Source: Gammaproteobacteria bacterium (lineage in GTDB: Bacteria; Pseudomonadota; Gammaproteobacteria; Natronospirales; JAJUFS01). From it: DNA of 64,000 bases. Position 1 is the first letter of the stretch; each line of letters starts with the position of its first letter. Of this stretch, positions 48,381 through 56,892 are shown piece by piece. The stretch is from assembly GCA_036381175.1 (NCBI GenBank), contig DASVDI010000021.1, forward strand, positions 56,271 through 120,270, read 5' to 3'. A model generated the notes under the pieces. It ran no database searches, was not told where the DNA came from, and saw nothing but the letters and a program-made list of their open reading frames with translations. The translations under genes were made by a program, and so were the position numbers.

Positions 48381-49229
48381 TCACTCAGGCGTGATACGCA
48401 AATTGTCGATCAAACGCGTCTTGCCGAGGTGGGCCGCGACGAGAATGACCGTTTCCTCGCCGTTACGCCGTGCTTCCAGGTTCGCTGCAGTGCGAATCGC
48501 AACGTACTCGGGCCGGAATCCGGCACTCGCCAATTTTTCCATGCCCTCGGCTTCAAGCGCATCCGCTGACTCGCCTTGCCGCAGACGGCGGGCAAGCGAT
48601 TGCAAGGTTTCGTACAGGCGCGGCGCGATTCGGCGTTCCTCCGGCGAGAGGTACTGGTTGCGTGAACTCATGGCGAGGCCGTCGGCTTCACGCGTTGTCG
48701 ACGCGCCGATGATTTCCACCGGGAACGCGAGATCGCGCACCATGCGGCGGATCACCATCAACTGCTGGAAATCCTTTTCACCGAACACCGCGACATCGGG
48801 CTGCACGAGATTGAAGAGCCTCGCGACCACGGTCGCCACGCCACGAAAATGTCCCGGCCGGTGCGCGCCGCAAAGTTGCTCCGTGAGCGAGGCCGGCACA
48901 TCCACGAATGTCGTCTGATCCGCACCCCCCGGATACATTTCTGCGACGCTCGGGAGAAACAACAATTCCGCACCCGCCGCTGCAAGTTTCGCGGCGTCTT
49001 CGTTTTCGGTGCGCGGGTAACGGTCGAAATCTTCGTTCGGACCGAACTGCGTCGGATTCACGAACACGCTGACGACAACGTGGTCGGCTTTTTCACGCGC
49101 GTGTTCGACGAGTGAAAGGTGGCCGGCGTGCAGATTGCCCATGGTCGGCACAAACGCGATGCGTCCATCCGCGACGCGCCAGTCATGAACAATGCCGCGC
49201 ATTTCAGCGGCGGTGCGTACGAGATGCAT
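48381..49229 (-). CDS. panC: Pantoate--beta-alanine ligase
   Basis: ...FVPTMGNLHAGHLSLV... (HIGH-like motif). Confidence 0.96.
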   Translation of the reverse strand: MHLVRTAAEMRGIVHDWRVADGRIAFVPTMGNLHAGHLSLVEHAREKADHVVVSVFVNPTQFGPNEDFDRYPRTENEDAAKLAAAGAELLFLPSVAEMYPGGADQTTFVDVPASLTEQLCGAHRPGHFRGVATVVARLFNLVQPDVAVFGEKDFQQLMVIRRMVRDLAFPVEIIGASTTREADGLAMSSRNQYLSPEERRIAPRLYETLQSLARRLRQGESADALEAEGMEKLASAGFRPEYVAIRTAANLEARRNGEETVILVAAHLGKTRLIDNLRITPE

Positions 49230-49240
49230 GGACAGAGTCC

Positions 49241-50068
49241 TTAATCGAAACAGTGTTCGGGCGCGGGATACGTTCCGTCGCGCACCTCGGCAACAAAATT
49301 CTGCACGGCCTCGAGCGGCGACGCGGCACCGGCCATGTAATTCTTCGCGAACTTCGGTCGTCGTCCCGGCGTGATGTCGAGCATGTCGTAGAGCACGAGA
49401 ACTTGCGCATCGACATCGGGCCCCGCGCCGATGCCGATCACCGGCACCGAAACTGTCGCGGTGATTTCCTTCGCCAGCGCACTCGGCACGAGTTCAAGCA
49501 GGATGATGTCCGCGCCCGCGTTCGCGAGCGTTTTCGCATCGGCGATCATCTGTTGTGCCGCACTCTGCTCGCGGCCCTGCACCTTGAAACCACCGACCTT
49601 GTGCACGGACTGCGGGCGCAAGCCGAGATGCGCACACACCGGCACGTCGTTGCCGGCCAGATGCTCGACAACGCCCGCCTGGTTCGCGTTGCCTTCCAGC
49701 TTCACCATGTGCGCGCCGGCTTCCTGCATCAGGCGCGCGGCATTTGTGAGCGCGGTATCCGGTGTCGCGTAACTCATGAACGGCATGTCGATCATGAACA
49801 GCGCGCGGCGCAGTCCACGCGCGACCATCCGGCCGTGGTAAACCATGTCATCCATCGTCACGGGCACGGTTGTGGAATGGCCCTGCACGACCATGCCGAG
49901 CGAATCGCCGACCAGCACGACATCAACACCGGCAGCATCCAGCATCGCAGCAAAACTTGCGTCGTACGCCGTCAGCGCCGCGAACTTCTCGCCGTTCGCT
50001 TTCATTTTCGCGAGCGTGGAAACCGTGACAGGTTTTCCGGCAGTTGTGTTTTTCGGTTGCGTGTACAT
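49241..50068 (-). CDS. panB: 3-methyl-2-oxobutanoate hydroxymethyltransferase
   Basis: ...KFAALTAYDASFA...VLVGDSLGMVVQGH... AAGGAG RBS before ATG 50068. Confidence 0.96.
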   Translation of the reverse strand: MYTQPKNTTAGKPVTVSTLAKMKANGEKFAALTAYDASFAAMLDAAGVDVVLVGDSLGMVVQGHSTTVPVTMDDMVYHGRMVARGLRRALFMIDMPFMSYATPDTALTNAARLMQEAGAHMVKLEGNANQAGVVEHLAGNDVPVCAHLGLRPQSVHKVGGFKVQGREQSAAQQMIADAKTLANAGADIILLELVPSALAKEITATVSVPVIGIGAGPDVDAQVLVLYDMLDITPGRRPKFAKNYMAGAASPLEAVQNFVAEVRDGTYPAPEHCFD

Positions 50069-50087
50069 CGATGCTCCTTCGCTCCCT

Positions 50088-50741
50088 TCAGGCAAAATCG
50101 GGAACGGGATTGAAATAATGCCGGCCGCTTTTCGCGCTTTCCACCGCGCGCAACAGTTGCTGGAAATCCGCATCGCGATCGACCGGATTGATCTCGCGCG
50201 CGTTCACGATCAGCAATGGCGATGCGTTGTAATTGTGAAAGAAGCGCGTGTACGCATCGGCGAGCTTTTCCAGGTACGACGGTTCGATTTCCTGCTCGTA
50301 GCCGATGCCGCGCTTGTGCACGCGTCGCATGAGCACATCCGCAGGCGCCTGCAGGTAGACGACAAGATCAGGCGTCGGCGCGTCGATGGCGAGATGATCG
50401 TAGGTCTGGCGGTACAGCGCGAGTTCGTCGGGCGCGAGCGTGAGCTCCGCGAACAGCGCGTCCTTCTCCAGGAGAAAATCCGCAACGCGCACGGGCGCGA
50501 ACAGATCGTCCTGGCGCATGGCCTGGATCTGTCGCGCACGCTGGAACAGGAAAAACAATTGCGCGGGCAGCGCGAAATGTTTCGGATCGCGGTAGAAGCG
50601 CTCAAGGAACGGGTTTTCCTCCGCCTGCTCGAGCACGAGATCGGAATCGAAATGCGCGGCGAGCCGGCGCGCGAGGCTGGTCTTGCCGACGCCGATCGGG
50701 CCTTCCACGACGAGATAGCGCGGTCGATTTTCCGTGTTCAT
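50088..50741 (-). CDS. Deoxynucleoside kinase family protein
   Basis: P-loop ...VVEGPIGVGKTSLARRL... and ...ENPFLERFY...QLFFLFQR... are typical of the dNK (dAK/dGK) family. Confidence 0.8.
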   Translation of the reverse strand: MNTENRPRYLVVEGPIGVGKTSLARRLAAHFDSDLVLEQAEENPFLERFYRDPKHFALPAQLFFLFQRARQIQAMRQDDLFAPVRVADFLLEKDALFAELTLAPDELALYRQTYDHLAIDAPTPDLVVYLQAPADVLMRRVHKRGIGYEQEIEPSYLEKLADAYTRFFHNYNASPLLIVNAREINPVDRDADFQQLLRAVESAKSGRHYFNPVPDFA

Positions 50742-50758
50742 TCCTGCTGCGGTTCCTG

Positions 50759-51247
50759 CTATAACCGTTCGATTCCATCACCGGCCACGTTCTGCCGAAG
50801 CGCGTGAACGGTACCGAGCCCGGGAATCACCAGCTCGGGCGCCAGCTCCGCCAGAGGATACAGAACGAAGGCGCGTTCCGGCAGGCCGGGATGCGGCACG
50901 ATAAGGCGGGACGTGGAAATTTTTTCATCGCCGTACAGCAGGATGTCGATGTCCAGCGTGCGCGGCCCCCAGCGCCGCTCCCGTACGCGACCCTGCGCCT
51001 GCTCGATCGCCTGCAGGCGGTCGAGCAAGTCTTCCGGTGCGAGACCGGTTTCGAGTTCCGCGACGGCGTTGAGAAAGTCGGGCTGATCCTGCGGACCCAT
51101 TGGTCGCGAGCGATACACCGGCGAGCGTGCCAGGAGCCGGGTATTTTCGAGCGCAGAAAGAGCCGCGAACGCAAGATCGAGCTGGCGAGCCGGTTCGTCG
51201 AGATTGCTGCCAAGACCGAGGAAAACCCGCACGGATTCGCCCGTCAC
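50759..51247 (-). CDS. folK: 2-amino-4-hydroxy-6-hydroxymethyldihydropteridine diphosphokinase
   Basis: ...VFLGLGSNL..., ...RWGPRTLDIDILLY..., ...LIVPHPGL... GTG start 2 nt after the pcnB stop. The longer ORF to 51619 overlaps pcnB and is rejected. Confidence 0.92.
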   Translation of the reverse strand: MTGESVRVFLGLGSNLDEPARQLDLAFAALSALENTRLLARSPVYRSRPMGPQDQPDFLNAVAELETGLAPEDLLDRLQAIEQAQGRVRERRWGPRTLDIDILLYGDEKISTSRLIVPHPGLPERAFVLYPLAELAPELVIPGLGTVHALRQNVAGDGIERL

Positions 51248-51248
51248 G

Positions 51249-52598
51249 TCATTCCCCGCCGTCGCCGCCCGGCTTGCGCCGGCGTCCACCGCGGCGCCGG
51301 CGCTTCGCCTTCGTCCCGTCCGGCTGCGACAGCATCGTGTGCTGCTCGTCGGCGTCGACTTCCTGCAATTTCGTCCAGTGCGCCGCGAGATCCGGATCGG
51401 CTTCACCGGTTTCCGCGCGCAGCACGAGAAAATCATAAGCCGCGCGAAAACGCGGATGGCCGAGCAAGCGAAGCGCGCGCTTGCCGCTGCGGTTCTCGAA
51501 GCGCGGCTGCAATTGCCAGACTTCGCGCATCGGCGTGGAGAAGCGGCGCGGCAAGGCAACGAACTCGAGTTGTCGCGCGCAGACTTCATCAGCCGCAATG
51601 CGCATTGCATCAGACGCACTCATGCCCTGCGATTCCAGCACTTCCGCGCGGCGGCGCACCGGCTCCCACAGCAGCACGGCGAACAGGAAAAACGGCGTGA
51701 CGGGACGGTCTTCGGCAATGCGCTTGTCAGTGTTTTCCAGCGCACGCGCGACAAACGTCAGCGGGAAAGCATTTTCCTCGTGCGCGAGGGCTTCTTCGGT
51801 GAACGGGAACAATTGCCGGAAAAGATCGTAGCGCAGCAGTTCCTCGAAGGTCTGCGCGGCATAACCACCGAGAAACAGTTTCAGCACTTCCTCGAACAAA
51901 CGCGCCGGCGGAATATCGCGCAACAGGTCCGAAAGCTCGGGGATGAACTTCGCGGTGCGCGGCTCGATGCGAAAACCGAGCTTCGCGGCGAAACGCACCG
52001 CGCGCAGCATGCGAACGGGGTCCTCGCGGAATCGCAAATCCGGATCGCCGATCAGTCGCAACAGGCCGTCGCGCAGGTCGCGCACGCCGTCAACATGATC
52101 GATGACGGAAAAATCCGCGATGTTGTAGTACAGCGCATTCACGGTGAAATCGCGGCGAAAGGCGTCCTCGGCAAGACTGCCGAACACGTTGTCGCGCAGG
52201 ATGCGGCCGCTGTCGTCGGTGTGACGTTCGGGATGCGCGTCGTCTTCGCCATGCAAGGCGCGGAAGGTAGAGACTTCGATGATTTCGCGGCCGTAGCGCA
52301 CGTGCACGAGACGAAAGCGGCGTCCGATCAAACGGCTGTTGCGAAAAAGATCGTGGATTTCTTCCGGCCGCGCGTCCGTCGCCACGTCGAAATCCTTCGG
52401 CTCGCGGCCCAGCAACAGGTCGCGCACGCCACCACCAACGAGGTAAGCCTGGAAGCCCGCGTTGTTGAGCCGGTAAAGCACTTTCAGTGCATTCGGAGAA
52501 ATCTGCTGGCGGGAAACGTTATGATCCGGCCGCGGGATGATGGTCGCCGGCCTGGCGGGATCGCTCTGCGGGTTGGTTTGTGACAAGTCCTTGGGCAC
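51249..52598 (-). CDS. pcnB: Poly(A) polymerase I
   Basis: ...AYLVGGGVRDLLLGREPKDFDVAT... is the nucleotidyltransferase motif. Basic C-terminal tail. Confidence 0.95.
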   Translation of the reverse strand: MPKDLSQTNPQSDPARPATIIPRPDHNVSRQQISPNALKVLYRLNNAGFQAYLVGGGVRDLLLGREPKDFDVATDARPEEIHDLFRNSRLIGRRFRLVHVRYGREIIEVSTFRALHGEDDAHPERHTDDSGRILRDNVFGSLAEDAFRRDFTVNALYYNIADFSVIDHVDGVRDLRDGLLRLIGDPDLRFREDPVRMLRAVRFAAKLGFRIEPRTAKFIPELSDLLRDIPPARLFEEVLKLFLGGYAAQTFEELLRYDLFRQLFPFTEEALAHEENAFPLTFVARALENTDKRIAEDRPVTPFFLFAVLLWEPVRRRAEVLESQGMSASDAMRIAADEVCARQLEFVALPRRFSTPMREVWQLQPRFENRSGKRALRLLGHPRFRAAYDFLVLRAETGEADPDLAAHWTKLQEVDADEQHTMLSQPDGTKAKRRRRGGRRRKPGGDGGE

Positions 52599-52650
52599 TG
52601 ATTCAATCGCTATTGTTTTTGATCTGGCTCTCGCCTGCGCCGGGCATGGC

Positions 52651-52679
52651 TTTCGAGCGTCGAAGAAGCCCCGTATAAT
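52651..52679 (+). promoter_or_regulatory. Candidate sigma-70 promoter for tRNA-Glu (TTTCGA-N17-TATAAT)
   Basis: Perfect -10 TATAAT at 52674-52679, with 17-nt spacing to TTTCGA, ~45 nt upstream of the tRNA. Confidence 0.5.
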
Positions 52680-52723
52680 AGCACCGGCTCGCCGTTCTTG
52701 CGGCGAGGCGACAGCATCACCAA

Positions 52724-52799
52724 GCTCCCTTCGTCTAGTGGTCCAGGACGCGGCCCTCTCAAGGCTGAAACACGGGTTCGAGTCCCGTAGGGAGCGCCA
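52724..52799 (+). tRNA. tRNA-Glu (anticodon CUC), CCA encoded
   Basis: Manual cloverleaf. Acceptor GCTCCCT/AGGGAGC. Anticodon arm CGGCC-CTCTCAA-GGCTG. T arm ACGGG-TTCGAGT-CCCGT. Overall similarity to the bacterial tRNA-Glu scaffold. Confidence 0.9.
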
Positions 52800-52846
52800 C
52801 TATCGCCAGGCTTGCGACAAACCCGCCTTCGATCCCGAGAATCCGC

Positions 52847-53281
52847 ATGCAGCGAATCAAGACGCTTTTCACCCGGCTGGCTGCTGCCGTTTACGACGGC
52901 ATGATCCTGGTGGCGCTGTGGATATTCGCGACGCTGCTCCTGATGCCGTTCACGCACGGCGCGATCAACCCGCCGCTACCGTGGAACCTGCCGTTCGATC
53001 TCTACATTCTTTTCGTCAGCTTTCTCTATCTTGGCGGGCTGTGGCACAAGACCGGCCAGACGCTGGGCATGCGCGCCTGGCGCTGGAAAGTTGTCAACGA
53101 GAATGGCGGGCGGATCAACTTAGGACAGGCGGCGGTGAGAATGTTCGCAGGCGTGCTGTCGTGGTTGCTGCTGGGCGCGGGCTGGTTGTGGATGCTGTTC
53201 GATCGTGATGAATTGACGCTGCATGATCGGCTGAGCAAAACGAGAATGGTCCGGCTCCCGAAAGGCAATGGACAGGATTAA
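52847..53281 (+). CDS. RDD-family membrane protein
   Basis: 144 aa with 3 TM segments. ...TGQTLGMRAWRWKVV... and ...LHDRLSKTRMV... are typical RDD motifs. The last codons lie inside the palindromic element. Confidence 0.85.
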   Translation: MQRIKTLFTRLAAAVYDGMILVALWIFATLLLMPFTHGAINPPLPWNLPFDLYILFVSFLYLGGLWHKTGQTLGMRAWRWKVVNENGGRINLGQAAVRMFAGVLSWLLLGAGWLWMLFDRDELTLHDRLSKTRMVRLPKGNGQD

Positions 53282-53374
53282 CAGGATTTTCCAGAATTCA
53301 CAGGATTATTTTTTTATTTGCCTTGATCCTGTCAATCCATCTTCAATCCTGTAAATCCTGTCTGTTGCCCTTTT
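53261..53374. repeat. Palindromic intergenic element, copy B (same arm family as 45937-46115)
   Basis: The left arm, 53261-53288, is identical to the reverse complement of the 46087-46114 arm. The right arm, 53345-53373, is AATCCTGTAAATCCTGTCTGTTGCCCTTT. Confidence 0.85.
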
Positions 53375-53377
53375 CAA

Positions 53378-54703
53378 TCAGCCCATCGGCAGAATCAACC
53401 GCGCACGACAACCCTGCCCTTCCTCGCGATTCGACAATCCCAGCGAACCGTCATGTGCCTCGGCGATCTGTCGTGACAGCGCCAAACCGATACCGGAGCC
53501 GTGCGGCTTGGTCGTGAAGAACGGCACGAAGAGATTTTCCGTGCCGGAAATTCCGGGTCCGTTGTCGAGCACATCGAGATAGAGCAATCCCTCGCGCCGC
53601 TCCCAGCAAACCCGAATGTCGCCATCCGCGCCCGCCGCATCACGCGCGTTCCGCACGATATTGATCAGCAATTGTGAAAGCTGGTCCGGATCAACGGACA
53701 CCGTAACGTCCTCGCCTTCGATCCTGATGTGCCCCGCACCATCCATCGCCGCAACATTTTCAACCAGCTTGCGCAATCCGACGCGTTCGCGTCGCGGTGC
53801 AGGCAGCTTCGCGAGTTTCGCATAGGCGGACATGAAACGGTTCAGCGATTCGGCGCGCTGGCCGATGACATCAAGACTTTCGACAAGATCGGTTTTCAAT
53901 TCGCCCGGTTCCAGTTCCCTCAATGAGCGTTCATGCAACAGCGCCGCCATCGACTTGATCGGCGCGAGACTGTTGTTCAGCTCATGCCCCATGACGCGCA
54001 CCAGCCGCCGCCACGCCTTGCGTTCTTCTTCGCGCAGTGCGCGGCTCAGGTTCGAGATCACCAGCAGGTGATGTGGCAAGCCGGATTCGCGGAACGATCC
54101 TGTCCAGACATCCCAGCGACCGCCGCCGCTCGGAAACTCGCGTGCCTCGATGCGCCGGCTGCGATGTTCAAGCAGATCGGTGACGCCGAGCGCATCTGCC
54201 GAACGTCCCGAAAGATCACGCATGCGAAACAGCCGTTCCGCGGCGGGGTTCGCGAGAATCACGTAGCGCGCACCATCGAAGGCGAGCACGGCGATATCGA
54301 TCTCGCCGATGATCTTGTTCAGCAGTGTGCTCGCCTCGCGCGCCTCGAAGCGCTGCCTTCGAAGCGTTTCACCGAGCTGGTTCACTTCGAGGAACACGCC
54401 ACCTAATGCATCGCGGTCGCGTGAACGCCGGCCGCGCAAGGAGTAATCACCTTCGCGCAAGGCTTCGAGAAGATTGGCGAGCGTGTTGAGATGAAACACG
54501 ACATCATTGCGCGCGGAAAATGCGAACGCCAGCCAGGAGATCACGAGCACGGCGAGCAACAGCAAGGCGGAAAACAGCGAGATATCAGTGCGCCACAGCA
54601 GGATTGCCACGGCGATCAACGCGGGCAAACCGGCCAGCAGGCTGAATGCCAGCGTGCGGCTTTCGAAGGTCAGGCGGCGCTTGCGGGGAAAATGGGGCTG
54701 CAT
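53378..54703 (-). CDS. Sensor histidine kinase with two closely spaced TM segments (no periplasmic domain), HAMP, PAS, HisKA and HATPase
   Basis: TM1 TLAFSLLAGLPALIAVAILLW and TM2 LFSALLLLAVLVISWLAFAF are separated only by RTDIS. H-box ...VMGHELNNSLAPI... ATPase motifs ...NARDA... and ...DNGPGI...GSGIGLALS... Confidence 0.9.
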   Translation of the reverse strand: MQPHFPRKRRLTFESRTLAFSLLAGLPALIAVAILLWRTDISLFSALLLLAVLVISWLAFAFSARNDVVFHLNTLANLLEALREGDYSLRGRRSRDRDALGGVFLEVNQLGETLRRQRFEAREASTLLNKIIGEIDIAVLAFDGARYVILANPAAERLFRMRDLSGRSADALGVTDLLEHRSRRIEAREFPSGGGRWDVWTGSFRESGLPHHLLVISNLSRALREEERKAWRRLVRVMGHELNNSLAPIKSMAALLHERSLRELEPGELKTDLVESLDVIGQRAESLNRFMSAYAKLAKLPAPRRERVGLRKLVENVAAMDGAGHIRIEGEDVTVSVDPDQLSQLLINIVRNARDAAGADGDIRVCWERREGLLYLDVLDNGPGISGTENLFVPFFTTKPHGSGIGLALSRQIAEAHDGSLGLSNREEGQGCRARLILPMG

Positions 54704-54761
54704 AAATGGCCCTCATGGAAACGTGCAAAAAAGTGCAAGTTGCGTGAGCACGACCTGCTGG

Positions 54762-56144
54762 CTACAGGGAGTATTTTTCAATGCGCCGGTACATTGCGCT
54801 ACGGCTGATGCCGAGGAGATCGGCCGCTTCGATCACGTTGCCGTCACAATGCGCGAGCGCGCGGCGCATCAGTTCCTGTTCCGCTTCTTCCAGCGTCGGC
54901 ACGCCTTGCGCGGGTTTGTTGTCGCCGGGCGCGTTTTGCGTCAGCAGCGTTGCGACGTCGGGCAAACGCAACTTCGGGCTTTCGCACAACAACACCGCAC
55001 GCTCGATCACGTGGCTGAGTTCGCGGACGTTGCCGGGCCAGGCATACGAACGCAGCCATTCGGCAGCGTCGGGTTCGAAGCCCGCGATGGCGCATTTGTA
55101 TTTTCGTTTCAGCTTGTCGAGTTGCAGTTGTGCCAGCGGCAGGATGTCATCGCGCCGTTCGCGTAATGCGGGAATGCGGATCTCGACCGTGTTCAGGCGA
55201 AACAACAGGTCCTTGCGGAACTCGCCCGCCTCGATTGCGGCGCGAAGATCCGCATTCGTTGCCGAGATTACGCGCACATCCGCACGCTGCGTGCGCGACG
55301 AACCAATGCGCTCGAATTGCCCGTCTTCCAGCACGCGCAGCAACTTGGCCTGCTGTGCGAACGGAATGTTGCCGATCTCGTCGAGAAACAGGCTGCCGTT
55401 GTCGGCCAGCTCGAAACGGCCGGTGCGATCGGATTTTGCATCGGTGAACGCACCGCGCACATGGCCGAACATTTCACTTTCGAACATCGTCTCCGGAATG
55501 CCGCCCATGTTCACGGCAACGAACGCGCCTTTTGCACGCGCGGAATTCTCGTGGATCAGGCGCGCCAGCAAACTTTTCCCCGTGCCCGGCTCGCCGGTGA
55601 TCAGCACGTTCGCATCCGAGGGCGCGATCTTGCGGATCATGTCCACGACGGGACGCATCGCCGCCGATGCCGCAACGAACTCTTCCACGCTCTCGCCGCG
55701 CAGCAAGGCGTTTTCCGCTTCCAGGCGCGCGCTGCGCCGGAGCGCGCGGCAAAGTTCCACCTGGTTTCGAACCAGCGATGTCAGCTTGGCGTTGTCCCAT
55801 GGCTTCTCCACGAAGTTGCGCGCGCCAAGGCGCATCGCTTCCACGGCGAGCTCGATCGTGCCCCACGCCGTCATGACGATGACCGGCAACTCCGGCTGCA
55901 TCGCCGCGAGCCGCCGAATGAGTTCGAGCCCTTCCGCGCCAGAGGTCGTGTCGCGGCTGTAGTTGAGGTCCGCGAGCACGGCGTCGAACTCCGATGTCCG
56001 CACGGCGCTTTCGACCGCATCCGGCGATGCGACAAGTTCCACGGCGTAACCTTCGGAACGAAACAGCATGCCGAGCGCCTGGCGCACATCCGGCTGGTCG
56101 TCCGCGATCAGCAGGCGCGGTTTTGGGACGGAATCACTACTCAT
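54762..56144 (-). CDS. Sigma-54-dependent response regulator (REC, AAA+, Fis-type HTH; NtrC family)
   Basis: REC ...LLIADDQPDV...VLADLNY... Walker A GEPGTGKS. ...ESEMFGHVRGAFTDA... is a GAFTGA-type sigma-54 contact loop. The C-terminal HTH is ...AADLLGISRSAMYRRIEK... Confidence 0.92.
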   Translation of the reverse strand: MSSDSVPKPRLLIADDQPDVRQALGMLFRSEGYAVELVASPDAVESAVRTSEFDAVLADLNYSRDTTSGAEGLELIRRLAAMQPELPVIVMTAWGTIELAVEAMRLGARNFVEKPWDNAKLTSLVRNQVELCRALRRSARLEAENALLRGESVEEFVAASAAMRPVVDMIRKIAPSDANVLITGEPGTGKSLLARLIHENSARAKGAFVAVNMGGIPETMFESEMFGHVRGAFTDAKSDRTGRFELADNGSLFLDEIGNIPFAQQAKLLRVLEDGQFERIGSSRTQRADVRVISATNADLRAAIEAGEFRKDLLFRLNTVEIRIPALRERRDDILPLAQLQLDKLKRKYKCAIAGFEPDAAEWLRSYAWPGNVRELSHVIERAVLLCESPKLRLPDVATLLTQNAPGDNKPAQGVPTLEEAEQELMRRALAHCDGNVIEAADLLGISRSAMYRRIEKYSL

Positions 56145-56172
56145 TATTTATAGGGTCCATTTCCTGGTCACA

Positions 56173-56871
56173 TCAGGTTCCCGTTTTGTGGTTGTCATCG
56201 GCTGCGCCTTCATCCTGCATCCAGCCATCCTGCAGCGTGATGATACGGCGTCCGTAGGCGGCATTGTCCGGATTATGGGTCACCTGCACGATGGTCGCGC
56301 CATCTTCGTTCAGTTCCCGCAACAATTCCATGATCGTGCGTCCCTGCGAGGAATGCAGCGCGCCGGTCGGTTCGTCGGCAAGGATCACCGACGGCTGCGT
56401 GATGAGCGCGCGGCCGACGGCCACGAGTTGCTGCTGCCCGCCCGACAATTGCGACGGGAACAGGTCCTTCTTTCCGACGATGCCGAAGCGATCGAGAATG
56501 TCCGCGACCTTCGACTGGCGTTCCGCGCGACCGATATCGCGATACGTGAGCGGCAACTCAAGATTTTCGTAAACGCTCAGATCATCCAGCAGATGGTAAT
56601 GCTGGAAAATGAACCCGACGTGTTCACGCGCAAGTGCCGCGCGCCGCTTGTCCGCGATCGCATGAATTTTCTCACCGGCCAGTTCGTACTCGCCGGCCCA
56701 GTCCGAATCCATGAGCCCGAGAATGTTCAAAAGTGTCGTCTTGCCGGAACCCGACGGTCCTGTGATGCTCACGAAATCGCCCGCAGCAATCTCGAGATTG
56801 ATCTGCCGCAGCAGCCATAACCGGCCGCCTTCGAACGGCACACTTTTTTCAACGTTTGTCAGTTTCAACAT
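56173..56871 (-). CDS. ABC transporter ATP-binding protein (MacB/LolD/FtsE-type)
   Basis: Walker A GPSGSGKTT, signature LSGGQQQ, Walker B ILADEPTGALH. GAAGGA RBS. Confidence 0.95.
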   Translation of the reverse strand: MLKLTNVEKSVPFEGGRLWLLRQINLEIAAGDFVSITGPSGSGKTTLLNILGLMDSDWAGEYELAGEKIHAIADKRRAALAREHVGFIFQHYHLLDDLSVYENLELPLTYRDIGRAERQSKVADILDRFGIVGKKDLFPSQLSGGQQQLVAVGRALITQPSVILADEPTGALHSSQGRTIMELLRELNEDGATIVQVTHNPDNAAYGRRIITLQDGWMQDEGAADDNHKTGT

Positions 56872-56892
56872 TTTTCCTTCCCCCGGAAGTGA

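Noticed and set aside
50759-51619. Upstream extensions of several track ORFs. These are folK to 51619, the PDE to 11460, the ypjD-like gene from 11298, purA to 34302, mutL to 41361, panB to 50173, the cupredoxin from 18997 and kinase 2 from 19787.
   Set aside because: The extensions overlap the neighbouring gene or consist of junk-like sequence. Internal ATG or GTG codons with SD-like sequences give N-termini that match the conserved family starts.
52599-56144. A CbrA/CbrB-CrcZ-like arrangement, meaning a sigma-54 two-component system plus an sRNA upstream of pcnB, as in Pseudomonas.
   Set aside because: The gene order is regulator then kinase. The kinase is small and lacks the CbrA transporter-like domain. 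The DNA between it and pcnB is occupied by an RDD gene and a tRNA on the opposite strand. I found no sigma-54 -24/-12 element and no repeated A-rich CA motifs there.
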